Made by a program: the position numbers and the translations under genes. Below, piece by piece: positions 52,229 through 62,772 of a DNA stretch of 64,000 nt (the first letter of the stretch is position 1; each line of letters opens with the position of its first letter). This DNA is from a virus (lineage: Duplodnaviria; Caudoviricetes). Where the stretch lies: the IMG/VR virus record IMGVR_UViG_3300021375_000006; one strand, written 5' to 3'. The notes below the pieces were generated by a model. That model ran no database searches, had not been told where the DNA came from, and was given only the letters and a program-made list of their open reading frames with translations.

Positions 52229-55200
52229 CTAACCTAATGCGTCGATATTCTTAATTTTAACACCGCTTGAAGTAAGTGCCTTATTAAGTTGCTTAATTGC
52301 AGATATTACTCCAGAGTTATCTCCACCAGAAGAACTTGAACCGCCGCCGGTAAATGCTGATTTAAGACTACCCATTGCGTTAGATATTGCATTACCAGAA
52401 TCTGCAGTTGCCGTCATACCATCACCTACTGTAGTTTTAAATTCACTTAACATATCTGCTAGATTTTGTAGAGCCTGTTCAAGAGATTCTCCCATCGCAG
52501 CAAGTATATCAGTTGGTTCTCCGCCTTCTGAAAGTACGCCAAGTGCTTCAAACATTTTTCTAGTCTCAACAAGTTTATCAAGATCCATCGCATTAATTGC
52601 ACCACTAATCTCTGGCATTGAATCTCCCATTCTAACAGTATTAGCACCAATTGTAGCCCATAACGTAGCCTGTTTAGCATAGCCCTCTGCTCTAGATTTT
52701 TCATCAACTGGACCTACAAATGCTCCAAAGAACAATTTACCTTTTTCTGGATCGAATGTATTAATTGCTGATATAATACCTGGAACGGAATTACCCATTT
52801 TCTCAAAAGTATTTCCAACAGCAGAAATCATCCATCTTTGTTCTTTAATAGTTTGCGCATCTGTCCCCTGGTCTACATTAGTAAATACTCCAATAATATC
52901 TGCCATTTTACCAGCAAACGCTTTAGAGTCCATATTACCTACTATTTCAATAATGGTTTTTACAGATTCACCTAATTTCTTATATGGCTCGCCAATCATA
53001 CTAACAATTTCAATACCCTTTTCAAAAGTGGTTTCGCCTTGCCACCACGATGATGTTTTAGCCTTGCCACTACCAATTACCATAAGAGTATCTGTTAGAG
53101 CCTCGATTAACATTTGAGTATTGGTTTGTATCTTTGCTTTCAGGCCTTCTGCATTTCCAATAGTCTGATAACCAGTAATTTTACCGTCTTTATCGTAAAT
53201 AGGGAACCTTAACTTGGCCATAGCTTCTACACCTTTCGCTAGGTTTAATAGAGGCTCACCAATACCTGTTACAATTGCAATACCTTTTTCAATAGTGGAT
53301 TTACCACCCCACCATGAACCATCATTTGCATCTGGATTTTTACCAATTTGAGCAAAAGTACCGGAAAGTGAACCGACTAACATTTGAGTATTATTAGCAA
53401 CTGCTTGAGCATCTTCTACACTAAATTGTCTATAGCCTGTAGCTTTACCTTCTTTATCAAAACCCGTTGGGAATTTAAGCATCGCCATATCTTGTACACC
53501 ACCTGCAATATTACTTAGGGCTTGTCCCATATTCATTACAGATTCAATACCCATTTGAACAGCACCGCCACCTGATAAGAAGCCTAATAGACCGCCTGAA
53601 CTTGGTCTACCAAAATCAACTGTCATTGGATTACCATCCGGGCCAATAACTTCTTGTTCACCACCCATTCCAATCTTAGCGAAAGGAACTGCAAGCGAAC
53701 CAACCATCATCATTGTATTTTTAACTACGTTCTTAAATGCATCACCACCAATAGTCTCAAATTTTGTTGGGTTACCTTCTTTATCAAAACCAATTGGGAA
53801 TCTAAGGTTGGCCATAGCCTGAACACCTTTAGCAATACCTGTAAGTGCCCTACCCATATTCATGGTTGACGCAACACCTATTGCAACTGTATTCTTTTTA
53901 CCTAAGCCAAATAAGCCGCCACCGCCGCCTCCAAATTTAACTTTAGTAATTGTACCGTCTGCGCCTAGAACTTCCATCTCTTCACCAGCACCAATTTTAT
54001 GGAATGGTACTGCTAATGTACCTAACATTAACGAGATATTTTTACCTAATACTGGTAAATCAAGTCCATCATTTTGTAGTTTAGCAAATCTTTTAAGACC
54101 AAGACCAACTGTCATTAAAGCAACACCTGCTGCAACCATTGCACCTGAACCTAATAAGATACCTGCTGCTGTCCATGGCCACATAACAAATGCATCACCA
54201 ATTGCTTTAAAGACAGGTACTAAACCAGTATCTTCATCGGTTAGTTTATCAATATTACCACCAGATAAAACTTTAGCCATAACAGCGATACCTGCTCCTA
54301 CTGCTAGTAAAGCAACACCTGCAACTATCATTGCTCCAGCCCCTAATGCAATAAACGCTGGAATTGGTCCTGCTCCTGCAATACCGAAGACTACACCTAG
54401 ACCACCAATCAGGGCCATCGTGGCGCCAATCATTGGCCAAGGATTTGAACCTAATGCTGCTGTAATAATTTTAAAACCTATTCCTATAACTATTAAGGAT
54501 GCTCCGACAAGTATCATCGCGATAGCTCCTTTCTTAATAAATTGTTCACCAAGGCCAATTACTGCAAACGCAGCTGCTAATAGACCTATTACTAAGAGTG
54601 CTCCTAAACTTTTCGCAGCCTCTTCACCAGTAATATTGCCAATTATTTTACCAAAGAATAGAAGTGAAAGACCTAATACGATAATGGATAAAGAAACCCA
54701 TAATAATGATTTTGCTCCGTTTTCAATATAATCACTTGCAAAGCCGACTAATGCGAACGCGAGTCCAATTGCAATTACAGTACCAACAACCATTAATATC
54801 GTACTAATGTTTGGCATAAGTAATTGGAATAGAGCTAAAGAAACACCTAATGCTAAAATTGATAGACCGGCCATTACAAGCCCTTTACCAGCTTTTTCCA
54901 TGTTATCTATAACACCAAACTCTTCTAATACATAAAATGCTAATGCAATTGCACCAATTACAAATATTGATAAGATAGCACCTTTAATCGCAGCACCTGC
55001 AATTAAACTAACTAGTGCAAATGTAACTGATAATGCTAATAGACCTAATGCAACGCCTAGAACGGCATCACCCATGGTTTTCATTTTATCTAATACTTTA
55101 TCTGGAATTATAGATGCAATTAATCCAATAGTACCTATTAATAAAACACTTACTAAAGCTCCCTTGAGTGCAGATTTTGAAATTAAGGTAACTAATGCTA

Positions 55201-55780
55201 AGGTGGCTGCTAATATCAGTATTGATTTACCGACATCTCCCATCATTTTAACCTTCTCTAGCTTTTCTTGATCTAAATTCTTAGTACCAAAATTAATACC
55301 TGCTACAAGCGCCCTTAATGTAAGTGCTATGAGTGGAGTACCTATTACTGCCACCATTAATAATGGGGTGGCTAATACCATATATCCAGCAAACTTTAGT
55401 ATTGATTTACCAACATCTCCTAGTAGAGTAATACCTGCTGCTAAGCCTTCCATTTTGGCTTTAACATCTTCTCCAGTATCTTCTAGATTATTTACAGCGT
55501 CTACAACAAATTGCAAACCTTTACCAAGAGGTTCCATGGAAGGTGCTAGCATTGCAATTGCCATGGCATTCCCTAGACCTCCGCCTACGCTCTTACCCTT
55601 TCCGTCTCTAATGTCTTCAATGGCAGTGGCCATAGCGTCCATTCTATCATAGAATTCACCACCTACTGCTAATGATACTGCAGTATTTTCAGTATTAACT
55701 GCTATTTGACCTAGAACATTACCCTGGCTACCTAACTTGTCGAAGGCGCCAGCTAACGATTTCATGAAATTTTGAGCCAT
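52229..55780 (-). CDS. Tail tape measure protein
   Basis: 1183 aa, A/G/L/I-rich amphipathic repeats, downstream of tube and hub genes. Confidence 0.8.
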   Translation of the reverse strand: MAQNFMKSLAGAFDKLGSQGNVLGQIAVNTENTAVSLAVGGEFYDRMDAMATAIEDIRDGKGKSVGGGLGNAMAIAMLAPSMEPLGKGLQFVVDAVNNLEDTGEDVKAKMEGLAAGITLLGDVGKSILKFAGYMVLATPLLMVAVIGTPLIALTLRALVAGINFGTKNLDQEKLEKVKMMGDVGKSILILAATLALVTLISKSALKGALVSVLLIGTIGLIASIIPDKVLDKMKTMGDAVLGVALGLLALSVTFALVSLIAGAAIKGAILSIFVIGAIALAFYVLEEFGVIDNMEKAGKGLVMAGLSILALGVSLALFQLLMPNISTILMVVGTVIAIGLAFALVGFASDYIENGAKSLLWVSLSIIVLGLSLLFFGKIIGNITGEEAAKSLGALLVIGLLAAAFAVIGLGEQFIKKGAIAMILVGASLIVIGIGFKIITAALGSNPWPMIGATMALIGGLGVVFGIAGAGPIPAFIALGAGAMIVAGVALLAVGAGIAVMAKVLSGGNIDKLTDEDTGLVPVFKAIGDAFVMWPWTAAGILLGSGAMVAAGVALMTVGLGLKRFAKLQNDGLDLPVLGKNISLMLGTLAVPFHKIGAGEEMEVLGADGTITKVKFGGGGGGLFGLGKKNTVAIGVASTMNMGRALTGIAKGVQAMANLRFPIGFDKEGNPTKFETIGGDAFKNVVKNTMMMVGSLAVPFAKIGMGGEQEVIGPDGNPMTVDFGRPSSGGLLGFLSGGGAVQMGIESVMNMGQALSNIAGGVQDMAMLKFPTGFDKEGKATGYRQFSVEDAQAVANNTQMLVGSLSGTFAQIGKNPDANDGSWWGGKSTIEKGIAIVTGIGEPLLNLAKGVEAMAKLRFPIYDKDGKITGYQTIGNAEGLKAKIQTNTQMLIEALTDTLMVIGSGKAKTSSWWQGETTFEKGIEIVSMIGEPYKKLGESVKTIIEIVGNMDSKAFAGKMADIIGVFTNVDQGTDAQTIKEQRWMISAVGNTFEKMGNSVPGIISAINTFDPEKGKLFFGAFVGPVDEKSRAEGYAKQATLWATIGANTVRMGDSMPEISGAINAMDLDKLVETRKMFEALGVLSEGGEPTDILAAMGESLEQALQNLADMLSEFKTTVGDGMTATADSGNAISNAMGSLKSAFTGGGSSSSGGDNSGVISAIKQLNKALTSSGVKIKNIDALG

Positions 55781-55814
55781 GTATAAGTACCGCTGATTAT
55801 TTTTTAGTATACAG

Positions 55815-55840
55815 GAACACCACTGTAAAAAGTGGTGCTC
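55815..55840. terminator. Stem-loop upstream of tape measure gene
   Basis: GGAACACCACT-GTAAAA-AGTGGTGCTCC; no clear T tail. Confidence 0.4.
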
Positions 55841-55862
55841 CTTATTACTATATTATATATCT

Positions 55863-56174
55863 CTACAACTTCGGCATCTTAATAGATGGAGTCTTGAGAG
55901 ATGGGGTGCTTGGCATCTTAGGCGGTTTATATTGAGATCTCATTGCTGACATCTGACTCGCCTGTTGTTCTTGTTGCTCCCCTTGCTGTTTATTCTTATT
56001 CTTGATGTATTCCGAAAGATTCTTAACGTAGTACCAAAATTCGTAGTAATACATATTTTCAATCTCGCTCGGTTGCATCCTAAGATGAATACCCAGGTAG
56101 AACTTTGTCTTAAAGTAGTTCTCCAGCGAGATCTGAAATAATGAAAAGACTTTTGATGCCACCTGGGAACTCAA
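55863..56174 (-). CDS. T4 gp51-like baseplate hub assembly protein; true start uncertain
   Basis: SLENYFKTKF....H....SEIENM..YEF resembles T4-like gp51; only a TTG start, inside the upstream gene. Confidence 0.7.
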   Translation of the reverse strand: MSSQVASKVFSLFQISLENYFKTKFYLGIHLRMQPSEIENMYYYEFWYYVKNLSEYIKNKNKQQGEQQEQQASQMSAMRSQYKPPKMPSTPSLKTPSIKMPKL

Positions 56175-57114
56175 GAGGGGCTTTCACCAACTCTCCTTCA
56201 AAGGTAGTTTCTAGTGTAGTAGATACACCAATTTTCATTCTTTCAGCCAATCTATAGATTACCATGAACTTTTTCTCATCCCATGCTTTATAGTCAACTT
56301 CGTGTTGGAAAATCTTACTTAAACCTAAAGTTCTCCAATCTGGTTGCATATAAGGCAATACTTGAATAAATGCTCTATCAAAATCTACTTCTTTTTCTTG
56401 CCTATCTTTAAGATATGAAGTAATCTCTTGCATAACACCAATTGTAGGTGGTTTCATTCTAACTTCACCAGCAGAACGTGTTTTGATTATATAAGTTCTT
56501 TCTTTTTCAGAATAATATCTTTCGATTTCTTCATCAATTTCAGTTGGAACTAAATTCTTAACAGCTAATTCAACGTCAACTTGTTTTTTAGTTTTTTCAG
56601 TTTTACCCTTTAAAACTAATTTGTTTTCTGGCTCAGGAAAGGTAAGATCTCTAATACTTAATAAAACAACAATTCTATCCTCTTCTAAAAGATCTTTCCA
56701 AGAAAGTCTTTTCTTATCTGCAGTTATCTGCATACAAGTTTCAACAATAGAATTTAACTTTTCTTCCATATCGATGTAATTATTTTCATCCATAGTTGAA
56801 AAGTGTCTAATTTCTGCAGCCTTTGCAGATCTAATTTTAATTACAGCATTAGCAGGATAAAATTTACCCTGAGATGGTAATGTAGTTAAATCTAATACAT
56901 GCCATCCTAAAGCAGAATCAGTAGATTGTGCTTTTTCTGGTGTAAAATTACCCATATTAACTTTACCTAAACCACCTTCTGTAATCGCGTCTTCAATATT
57001 TGAAGCCTGTTCATCAGTAGATTCAACCTTAGGGTTGTTAATAGCATCTTTAGCCTCTAGTGCTTTTGCCATCTTTTGCTCTTCCGGAGTCAATTTGTTT
57101 TTGTCTTCGCTCAT
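56110..57114 (-). CDS. T4 gp26-like baseplate hub / tail assembly protein
   Basis: LPSQGKFY, IRSAKAAEI, LLEEDRIVVLLSIRDLT; position after tail tube. Confidence 0.7.
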   Translation of the reverse strand: MSEDKNKLTPEEQKMAKALEAKDAINNPKVESTDEQASNIEDAITEGGLGKVNMGNFTPEKAQSTDSALGWHVLDLTTLPSQGKFYPANAVIKIRSAKAAEIRHFSTMDENNYIDMEEKLNSIVETCMQITADKKRLSWKDLLEEDRIVVLLSIRDLTFPEPENKLVLKGKTEKTKKQVDVELAVKNLVPTEIDEEIERYYSEKERTYIIKTRSAGEVRMKPPTIGVMQEITSYLKDRQEKEVDFDRAFIQVLPYMQPDWRTLGLSKIFQHEVDYKAWDEKKFMVIYRLAERMKIGVSTTLETTFEGELVKAPLEFPGGIKSLFIISDLAGELL

Positions 57115-57116
57115 TT

Positions 57117-57335
57117 TTATTTACTTTTTAAGTTTTTAAGATTTTGTTTAATGTAGGATCTCTGCTCTACAGTTCTCCTATCAAGTTCTAATTGTATAAG
57201 GGATCTGATAAATGCACTCACAGATACAGGACGTCTTTCCTGATCCAGGGCGTCATTCAAAATAACCCTATTAACTTCTCGGACCTCGTCCTCGGTCAAT
57301 AGAACCTGTAGTTTTTTTGTTAGTTTATCACTCAT
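57117..57335 (-). CDS. Ribbon-helix-helix-like DNA-binding protein
   Basis: KKLQVLLTEDE...SVSAFIRSLI. Confidence 0.65.
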   Translation of the reverse strand: MSDKLTKKLQVLLTEDEVREVNRVILNDALDQERRPVSVSAFIRSLIQLELDRRTVEQRSYIKQNLKNLKSK

Positions 57336-57377
57336 AATCTCTTATTATTAGGATATTATATTATGTTTTTCAAAGTT

Positions 57378-57410
57378 AAAAAAAGAACGTGTTGTTTAGA
57401 CACGTTCTTT
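57378..57410 (-). terminator. Intrinsic terminator after tail tube gene
   Basis: Minus strand AAAGAACGTGT-loop-ACACGTTC followed by T7. Confidence 0.85.
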
Positions 57411-57429
57411 ATGATTTAATTCTATTAAA

Positions 57430-57987
57430 TTACGCTAATTCTTCTGAGTAAGTATCACACTTCCAAGTTACATCCATTGCAACTGCGTCAGGTGTTTCGT
57501 AATTTAGATCTGCATTTAAGTTTACACCTGATGTAATGAAACAATCATCTAGTGTTACTTTTCTGTAAATGTCACCTTCTCTGTTGAATTGTACGACAAC
57601 AATAGTACCTACATAATTCTTCTTAAGACCCATTTCGCCAGTTTCAGGGTTATACGCTGCTCTGTACCATTGTCTTAATGTTTTGTATATGTAAGCCTGA
57701 TTCGAATCGTTCAGGTTTAGAGAGAAATTGATCCCAATGTCTAGCGATGTTTGCGCCGGCATACCTGCGAAATTTCTTTCTGCAAATTTATACTTTTGTG
57801 GAACTGCAGCTAGCTCAACGCTCATGCCGTCTAAACCAGTAATTGAATTAACTTGCTGTAAGAGCATCTCTGCACCAGTTACACCTGCTGGAGGTAATAA
57901 TGTTACCTCAAATAGGTTACCTTGTACTGGTTCAAAATTTCTACCCTTCTTTTGAGTTTGGTCCTCTGAATAATGTGGTAAAGCCAT
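57430..57987 (-). CDS. Tail tube protein (T4 gp19-like)
   Basis: FEV...P; YKFAERNFAG; LRQWY..YNPETG; VVQFNREG. Confidence 0.85.
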   Translation of the reverse strand: MALPHYSEDQTQKKGRNFEPVQGNLFEVTLLPPAGVTGAEMLLQQVNSITGLDGMSVELAAVPQKYKFAERNFAGMPAQTSLDIGINFSLNLNDSNQAYIYKTLRQWYRAAYNPETGEMGLKKNYVGTIVVVQFNREGDIYRKVTLDDCFITSGVNLNADLNYETPDAVAMDVTWKCDTYSEELA

Positions 57988-58026
57988 ATCTTTTATTTCT
58001 TATTTTATTTATATATCGTTGTTTTA

Positions 58027-60879
58027 TTATGCAAAGTTACCTGTTGCGATCTCTCCTGTATTTAATACAGTTACCCTAGATACTAGAATCTCAAGACCTT
58101 TAACTGGTTCAACGAATGTATCAAGAATACCCATGTTGTTATCGATCACCTCAGTTGTGTTGTTTGAAGTGTCCATGATGTTCTTGTAGTCGTATACACC
58201 ACCATCTTTCTTAACTGATTCCATAAAGTTATCAGCTAAAGTTTTGATTTCTAATCTAGTTTGAGCTGTATTAAACTCGAACAGATAGTTTTTAAGAATT
58301 TCAGCTAAACCATCTTCAATATAGATAAGAACTTCTCTTACGTGTGCTGAAGATAAGGCTGATTGAATTCCTTGTTGTGCAGTTTTATTACCTTTAATTG
58401 TTAAACCAACGCCTCTTTCAAATACGATTGGGTTGTAACCAAATGGTTCAAGTACATCTCTATCATTCTTATCGAATGAGAATTCTAAAGATTGAACACC
58501 TGTTCCACCTACAACACCTCTTCTTGGGCCTGCGATGATTGACCATGGTAATGCATCTAAATATTTGTCAATATAGTTATTTGATACGTAAGCTGCTGGT
58601 GGAATAACTTTAGTTCTACCGTTCTCAATTACATTAAGACCAGGACCGTAGTAGAATGCATAGTTTGCACCTTCATTGATCGATGGTAATGTGTAAAGAG
58701 CTGTTGGGTTTAACTCTAAGTTACCTCCTGTTGCAACGTTATTCACGTCAAATGCACCAGTGATAGCATTTAAGAATGATGGGTTTGTAGAAGCTTTTAA
58801 TTCTTTCACCATTGGTGCGTTAAGAATTGCAGAAGCGTTCTGTCTTTCTTTACATAAGAATGATAATTCTTCTTTGTTTAAGATTCCACCGTTCTCTAAT
58901 GAACCGAATGTATCAACTACATATCTAAATGTAATATTATCTTTATCTACTAAAGCGTTACCTAAACCAGTACCTGGCTTAATTGCTGTTAGTAATTCTG
59001 CAATACTTTTTGCAGTTTGAGTTGCTCCTTCTAATGGGAATGTCTTATAGAATCCACCTGCATCCTCATATCTCTTAAGAGAGTATGATGGTCTTGAAGA
59101 AACTGCTCTATGTGTTTCAAATCTGTAGTAAGTAGTTCCGTTAACAACAGTTTTAACGATCTTTTTAATTCTAGATAGTTTACCACTGTCACCTGGTACA
59201 TACATACCTACTTTAATATCTGAATTCCAAGTTGCATCATTTGAACCTGATAGTGTGAAGATACCTGCACCGTTATCAGTAAATGTCCATCCTTCTGATA
59301 ATGTTGGGAACATTTCTGCTCTTGCATTTGGAGTTAATGTCCATACATCAAATGATGTATTAATAGCAGGAGCGAAAGCTGTTAATGAATTACCAACACC
59401 GCCATATTGAGTGCTAAATGAAAGTCCACCTGCACATGAGATTGTTAATTCACCATCTTCTACAGAAACATTTGAGATAGCAACATACTCACCAGCGTTA
59501 ACTGATTCTAAGAAGTTACCAACTATAATTGATTCGTAAGATGTTGGTGTTGCATCAACTACAATATTACCATCTTCATTAACAATAAAGTTAGCGTTAG
59601 ATGCCCATGGAGCTGGAGTACCTGGATTATATTTTTCATAAGATTTTGAAATAGCACCAGAAGCAACGATTGTTACTTGACCTTCACCATTTGCACCAGT
59701 ACCAGTATTAGTGATACTTTCGATCTTAACATATTCACCTCCAACATAAGCTTCTAAATATTTAGAATCTGTAATACCGTGTAAAGAGGATAAATTAGCT
59801 GCACTTAAAGCAGGATCGTTACCTTGGATAGTTAATGTTGAACCAGCAACTGATACGATACCAGCTTGTGCTGTTAAATCTACGATAGATTCTGCAGCTA
59901 CTTGCTTCACTTTATGAGAAAGAATCTCATAATCTTGGTAGATGTCAAAGTTGTTACCTACTAGATCAATTTGTGGAAGTGCATCTTCTTGTACTGCACA
60001 GAATAAACCAGTTCTTCTAGCCTCCATATTAATTAGAGTCTCGATATACATTTGGTTACCTTCTGCATCAATAAATTCAGGAATTAATGATACACCATTA
60101 TATTGTGCTAACAGAGTTACTTCTCTTAAACCAGCAAACTTAGCGAATTCTGATTTTAATAACCCGTCTTGAGTAAAGTAGTTTCCGTAGTTTGGATCGT
60201 TATTTAATTCAGCAGCATCAAACTTGCCTTTAAATACAAATACATCTACTAGGTAATCTGATACATACTCATCTGCATCAATACCTTCTGGAATATTTGA
60301 TTCACCATACCATTCTCTTGCTGTTAATTCAAAACCTCTAACATCTCCAGCTTGTCTAATGATAACTGTGATTGGATCTTGTTTGATATTAACAAATGAG
60401 ATTGCGTGGTTTGTGTCTTCTGCAGCAGCAGATAAGAGTTTTTCATCTGAAGGATTCCAAAACTTGTCTGTATCAAATACAGCATTAAATTGCTTTGAAG
60501 CAGCATTTGATGCTTGTAATGAATTAGCTGATAAACCTTCTTGCGATGAGTTAGTTGCTGGAGAGAAAATTGATACTCTGTCAGCAATATCTGCAGCAGT
60601 TAGGTTTAATGCTAGAATAGGACCTCTAGATAAAGCTTCAATAGCTGATCTGTGGAAGAACATATTTTTCTTTTCTAAGGACTTGTCTACACCACCGAAA
60701 ACTTGCTTGAATTGCTCTACATCTTCTACTAATACTGGAGTATTGTAAGGACCCTTTTTAGATCTACCTACAACTAGTCTAATAGTTTCTGCAGGGATGT
60801 TAACAGTCTGTGACTTGTCAAACTCTAAGCGATATACGCCCGAGCTTTTGAACTGTAATAATTGAGGACTTAATGCCAT
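58027..60879 (-). CDS. Contractile tail sheath protein (T4 gp18-like)
   Basis: SSGVYRLEFDKS, KGPYNTPV, IPPAAYV, WSIIAGPRRG, VREVLIYIE, FEFNTAQTR, F.NTTEVIDNN. Confidence 0.95.
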   Translation of the reverse strand: MALSPQLLQFKSSGVYRLEFDKSQTVNIPAETIRLVVGRSKKGPYNTPVLVEDVEQFKQVFGGVDKSLEKKNMFFHRSAIEALSRGPILALNLTAADIADRVSIFSPATNSSQEGLSANSLQASNAASKQFNAVFDTDKFWNPSDEKLLSAAAEDTNHAISFVNIKQDPITVIIRQAGDVRGFELTAREWYGESNIPEGIDADEYVSDYLVDVFVFKGKFDAAELNNDPNYGNYFTQDGLLKSEFAKFAGLREVTLLAQYNGVSLIPEFIDAEGNQMYIETLINMEARRTGLFCAVQEDALPQIDLVGNNFDIYQDYEILSHKVKQVAAESIVDLTAQAGIVSVAGSTLTIQGNDPALSAANLSSLHGITDSKYLEAYVGGEYVKIESITNTGTGANGEGQVTIVASGAISKSYEKYNPGTPAPWASNANFIVNEDGNIVVDATPTSYESIIVGNFLESVNAGEYVAISNVSVEDGELTISCAGGLSFSTQYGGVGNSLTAFAPAINTSFDVWTLTPNARAEMFPTLSEGWTFTDNGAGIFTLSGSNDATWNSDIKVGMYVPGDSGKLSRIKKIVKTVVNGTTYYRFETHRAVSSRPSYSLKRYEDAGGFYKTFPLEGATQTAKSIAELLTAIKPGTGLGNALVDKDNITFRYVVDTFGSLENGGILNKEELSFLCKERQNASAILNAPMVKELKASTNPSFLNAITGAFDVNNVATGGNLELNPTALYTLPSINEGANYAFYYGPGLNVIENGRTKVIPPAAYVSNNYIDKYLDALPWSIIAGPRRGVVGGTGVQSLEFSFDKNDRDVLEPFGYNPIVFERGVGLTIKGNKTAQQGIQSALSSAHVREVLIYIEDGLAEILKNYLFEFNTAQTRLEIKTLADNFMESVKKDGGVYDYKNIMDTSNNTTEVIDNNMGILDTFVEPVKGLEILVSRVTVLNTGEIATGNFA

Positions 60880-60936
60880 AATCTTTTAGTTATTATTTTT
60901 TATTCTTTTATTATATATCCTTGTCTTTCTGCAAAT

Positions 60937-62769
60937 TTATTTCAATAGGTCATAAATATCATATTGTAAATCCCCTTGTTGGTCGCTGTCCTTATATAGG
61001 ATTGCTTCCATCTCGTCATGGAGCTCAGGGTCTATGAAATCTAAGATCTCTTCCACGAAGTCTGCATAGTCTGTTGTATTAAAAAATTCAGTTGCAGTGA
61101 TGCAAGTCATTATCACGTCATCATTGCCCATTTGGGCTCCATAACTTCCATTTGGTAAAGTACCAAAAAGACTAGCTTCCGTCACTGTAACTTCATCAGT
61201 TAAATCTAATCTATTTATCTTATACAATTTTGCGAAATTCTGGCAAAAGATAGCTTTATTGTCAGATTTCAGTTTGATACCTGGTTTTAATGACCTTCCA
61301 TCATGTCGGTGTTTAAATTTAACTACCATCTCATCATCGAAATCATTTCTTTGTGGGAATATACTTCTTAGATATTGGAATAGAACTGTACCATAAGTAT
61401 TATACTCTACGATCATCTTTACATTTTCTGGATAGAATATATCTACTGCTAAAGTATACAATACTTTTGCAAAATCTTCAATCACATGTTCATTTGATCT
61501 AAATCTAGCTACTTGTGTAAATTTAAAAAAGTCATACATCGCACCTGGATTAACGACATTTTTAATCTCATTTGAATCCATTGGATTAACCTGAAAGATA
61601 TTAATTACCGATGAGTCACCACCGTTACCTTCTGCAATATCTACAGAGAATACCCAAAAGTTTTCTGTATCTTTACATGTATCAATATCAAAGTCTGGAT
61701 CCCATTCTAAGAAACCTTTTGTGTCAATTGAAATATAATCAAATTCATCAAAGTCGTGATAAACATAAGGCTTCATTCTCTTTCTCATCTTTTTCATATC
61801 GACTGGGTCTAATAGGAGGTTAGATGAGCTGACGAACTCATTTCCATACTGTTTATTAAAGGCTTCAATCGAACCTAGGTTAGCAAGCTCTCTTTCATAC
61901 CATGCCTCATCTCTATCTGGATGTTGCCACCAGTCAATTCTTGTCGCTAGATATTCATTATCACCACGCTCTGCCGCAGCATAGATTTGATAGAACTTAT
62001 TAAATCCATTTGGAGTAGACGTAATTGTTATTCTTGAGACTTTCGATGAGGATAATGTAGGATATACATTCTCATAGAAAGAGTCTGCTATCGATGGATG
62101 AACGTGGGCAAACTCATCTAGGTATAAGTTATGGATTGTAAAACCAATACCAGATTTTGCTGTTGTTGATTGTCCTATTAGACGACAACCATTATCACAA
62201 CGTACATTCATTACATCATATTTAATAATACCAGGTTTCATAAAGAACGGTAAGTTCTCGATTACTGTTTTGGCTTTATCAATAATTTCTTTTGTTGAAT
62301 CAGATTTATTCGCAAGTAATAGAGTATTCTTATCCATATTAAAGGTAACATACCATGCATTAAATATAGATGCGGTTACGGTTTTACCCATTTGTCGAGC
62401 AGCAAGAACAATATTAAATCTATCATTCTGGAAATTCCTCAACATTTCTTTTTGATAATCTCTCAGCTTTACTTGTTGAATACCTTCATCTGTCATTACT
62501 ACTGCATACTTCTCTGCAAAGTAGACGATGTCCTTGGCACATCTGGCCAACTCAGTAATTTCCTCATCAGTATATTCAAATACAATATTACCCTTCTTTA
62601 GAAATTGTCTACCCTCGTAGAATGGTAACTTAATCTTAGGGCGATAACCCTGGTCCATAGCAACCAACAAGTCGTTGATCTGCCTGGTAGACCATACGAT
62701 TCTATCAGACATGGTGGCATCACCCTCTGCTTTTGGAATCCATTTATTATCTCCTACTCCGTCTGACAT
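60937..62769 (-). CDS. terL: Terminase large subunit (T4 gp17-like)
   Basis: LRDYQ, ARQMGKT (Walker A), LYLDEFAH (Walker B), TSTPNG, SVDIAEG, NDDVIM. Confidence 0.97.
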   Translation of the reverse strand: MSDGVGDNKWIPKAEGDATMSDRIVWSTRQINDLLVAMDQGYRPKIKLPFYEGRQFLKKGNIVFEYTDEEITELARCAKDIVYFAEKYAVVMTDEGIQQVKLRDYQKEMLRNFQNDRFNIVLAARQMGKTVTASIFNAWYVTFNMDKNTLLLANKSDSTKEIIDKAKTVIENLPFFMKPGIIKYDVMNVRCDNGCRLIGQSTTAKSGIGFTIHNLYLDEFAHVHPSIADSFYENVYPTLSSSKVSRITITSTPNGFNKFYQIYAAAERGDNEYLATRIDWWQHPDRDEAWYERELANLGSIEAFNKQYGNEFVSSSNLLLDPVDMKKMRKRMKPYVYHDFDEFDYISIDTKGFLEWDPDFDIDTCKDTENFWVFSVDIAEGNGGDSSVINIFQVNPMDSNEIKNVVNPGAMYDFFKFTQVARFRSNEHVIEDFAKVLYTLAVDIFYPENVKMIVEYNTYGTVLFQYLRSIFPQRNDFDDEMVVKFKHRHDGRSLKPGIKLKSDNKAIFCQNFAKLYKINRLDLTDEVTVTEASLFGTLPNGSYGAQMGNDDVIMTCITATEFFNTTDYADFVEEILDFIDPELHDEMEAILYKDSDQQGDLQYDIYDLLK

Positions 62770-62772
62770 TTA

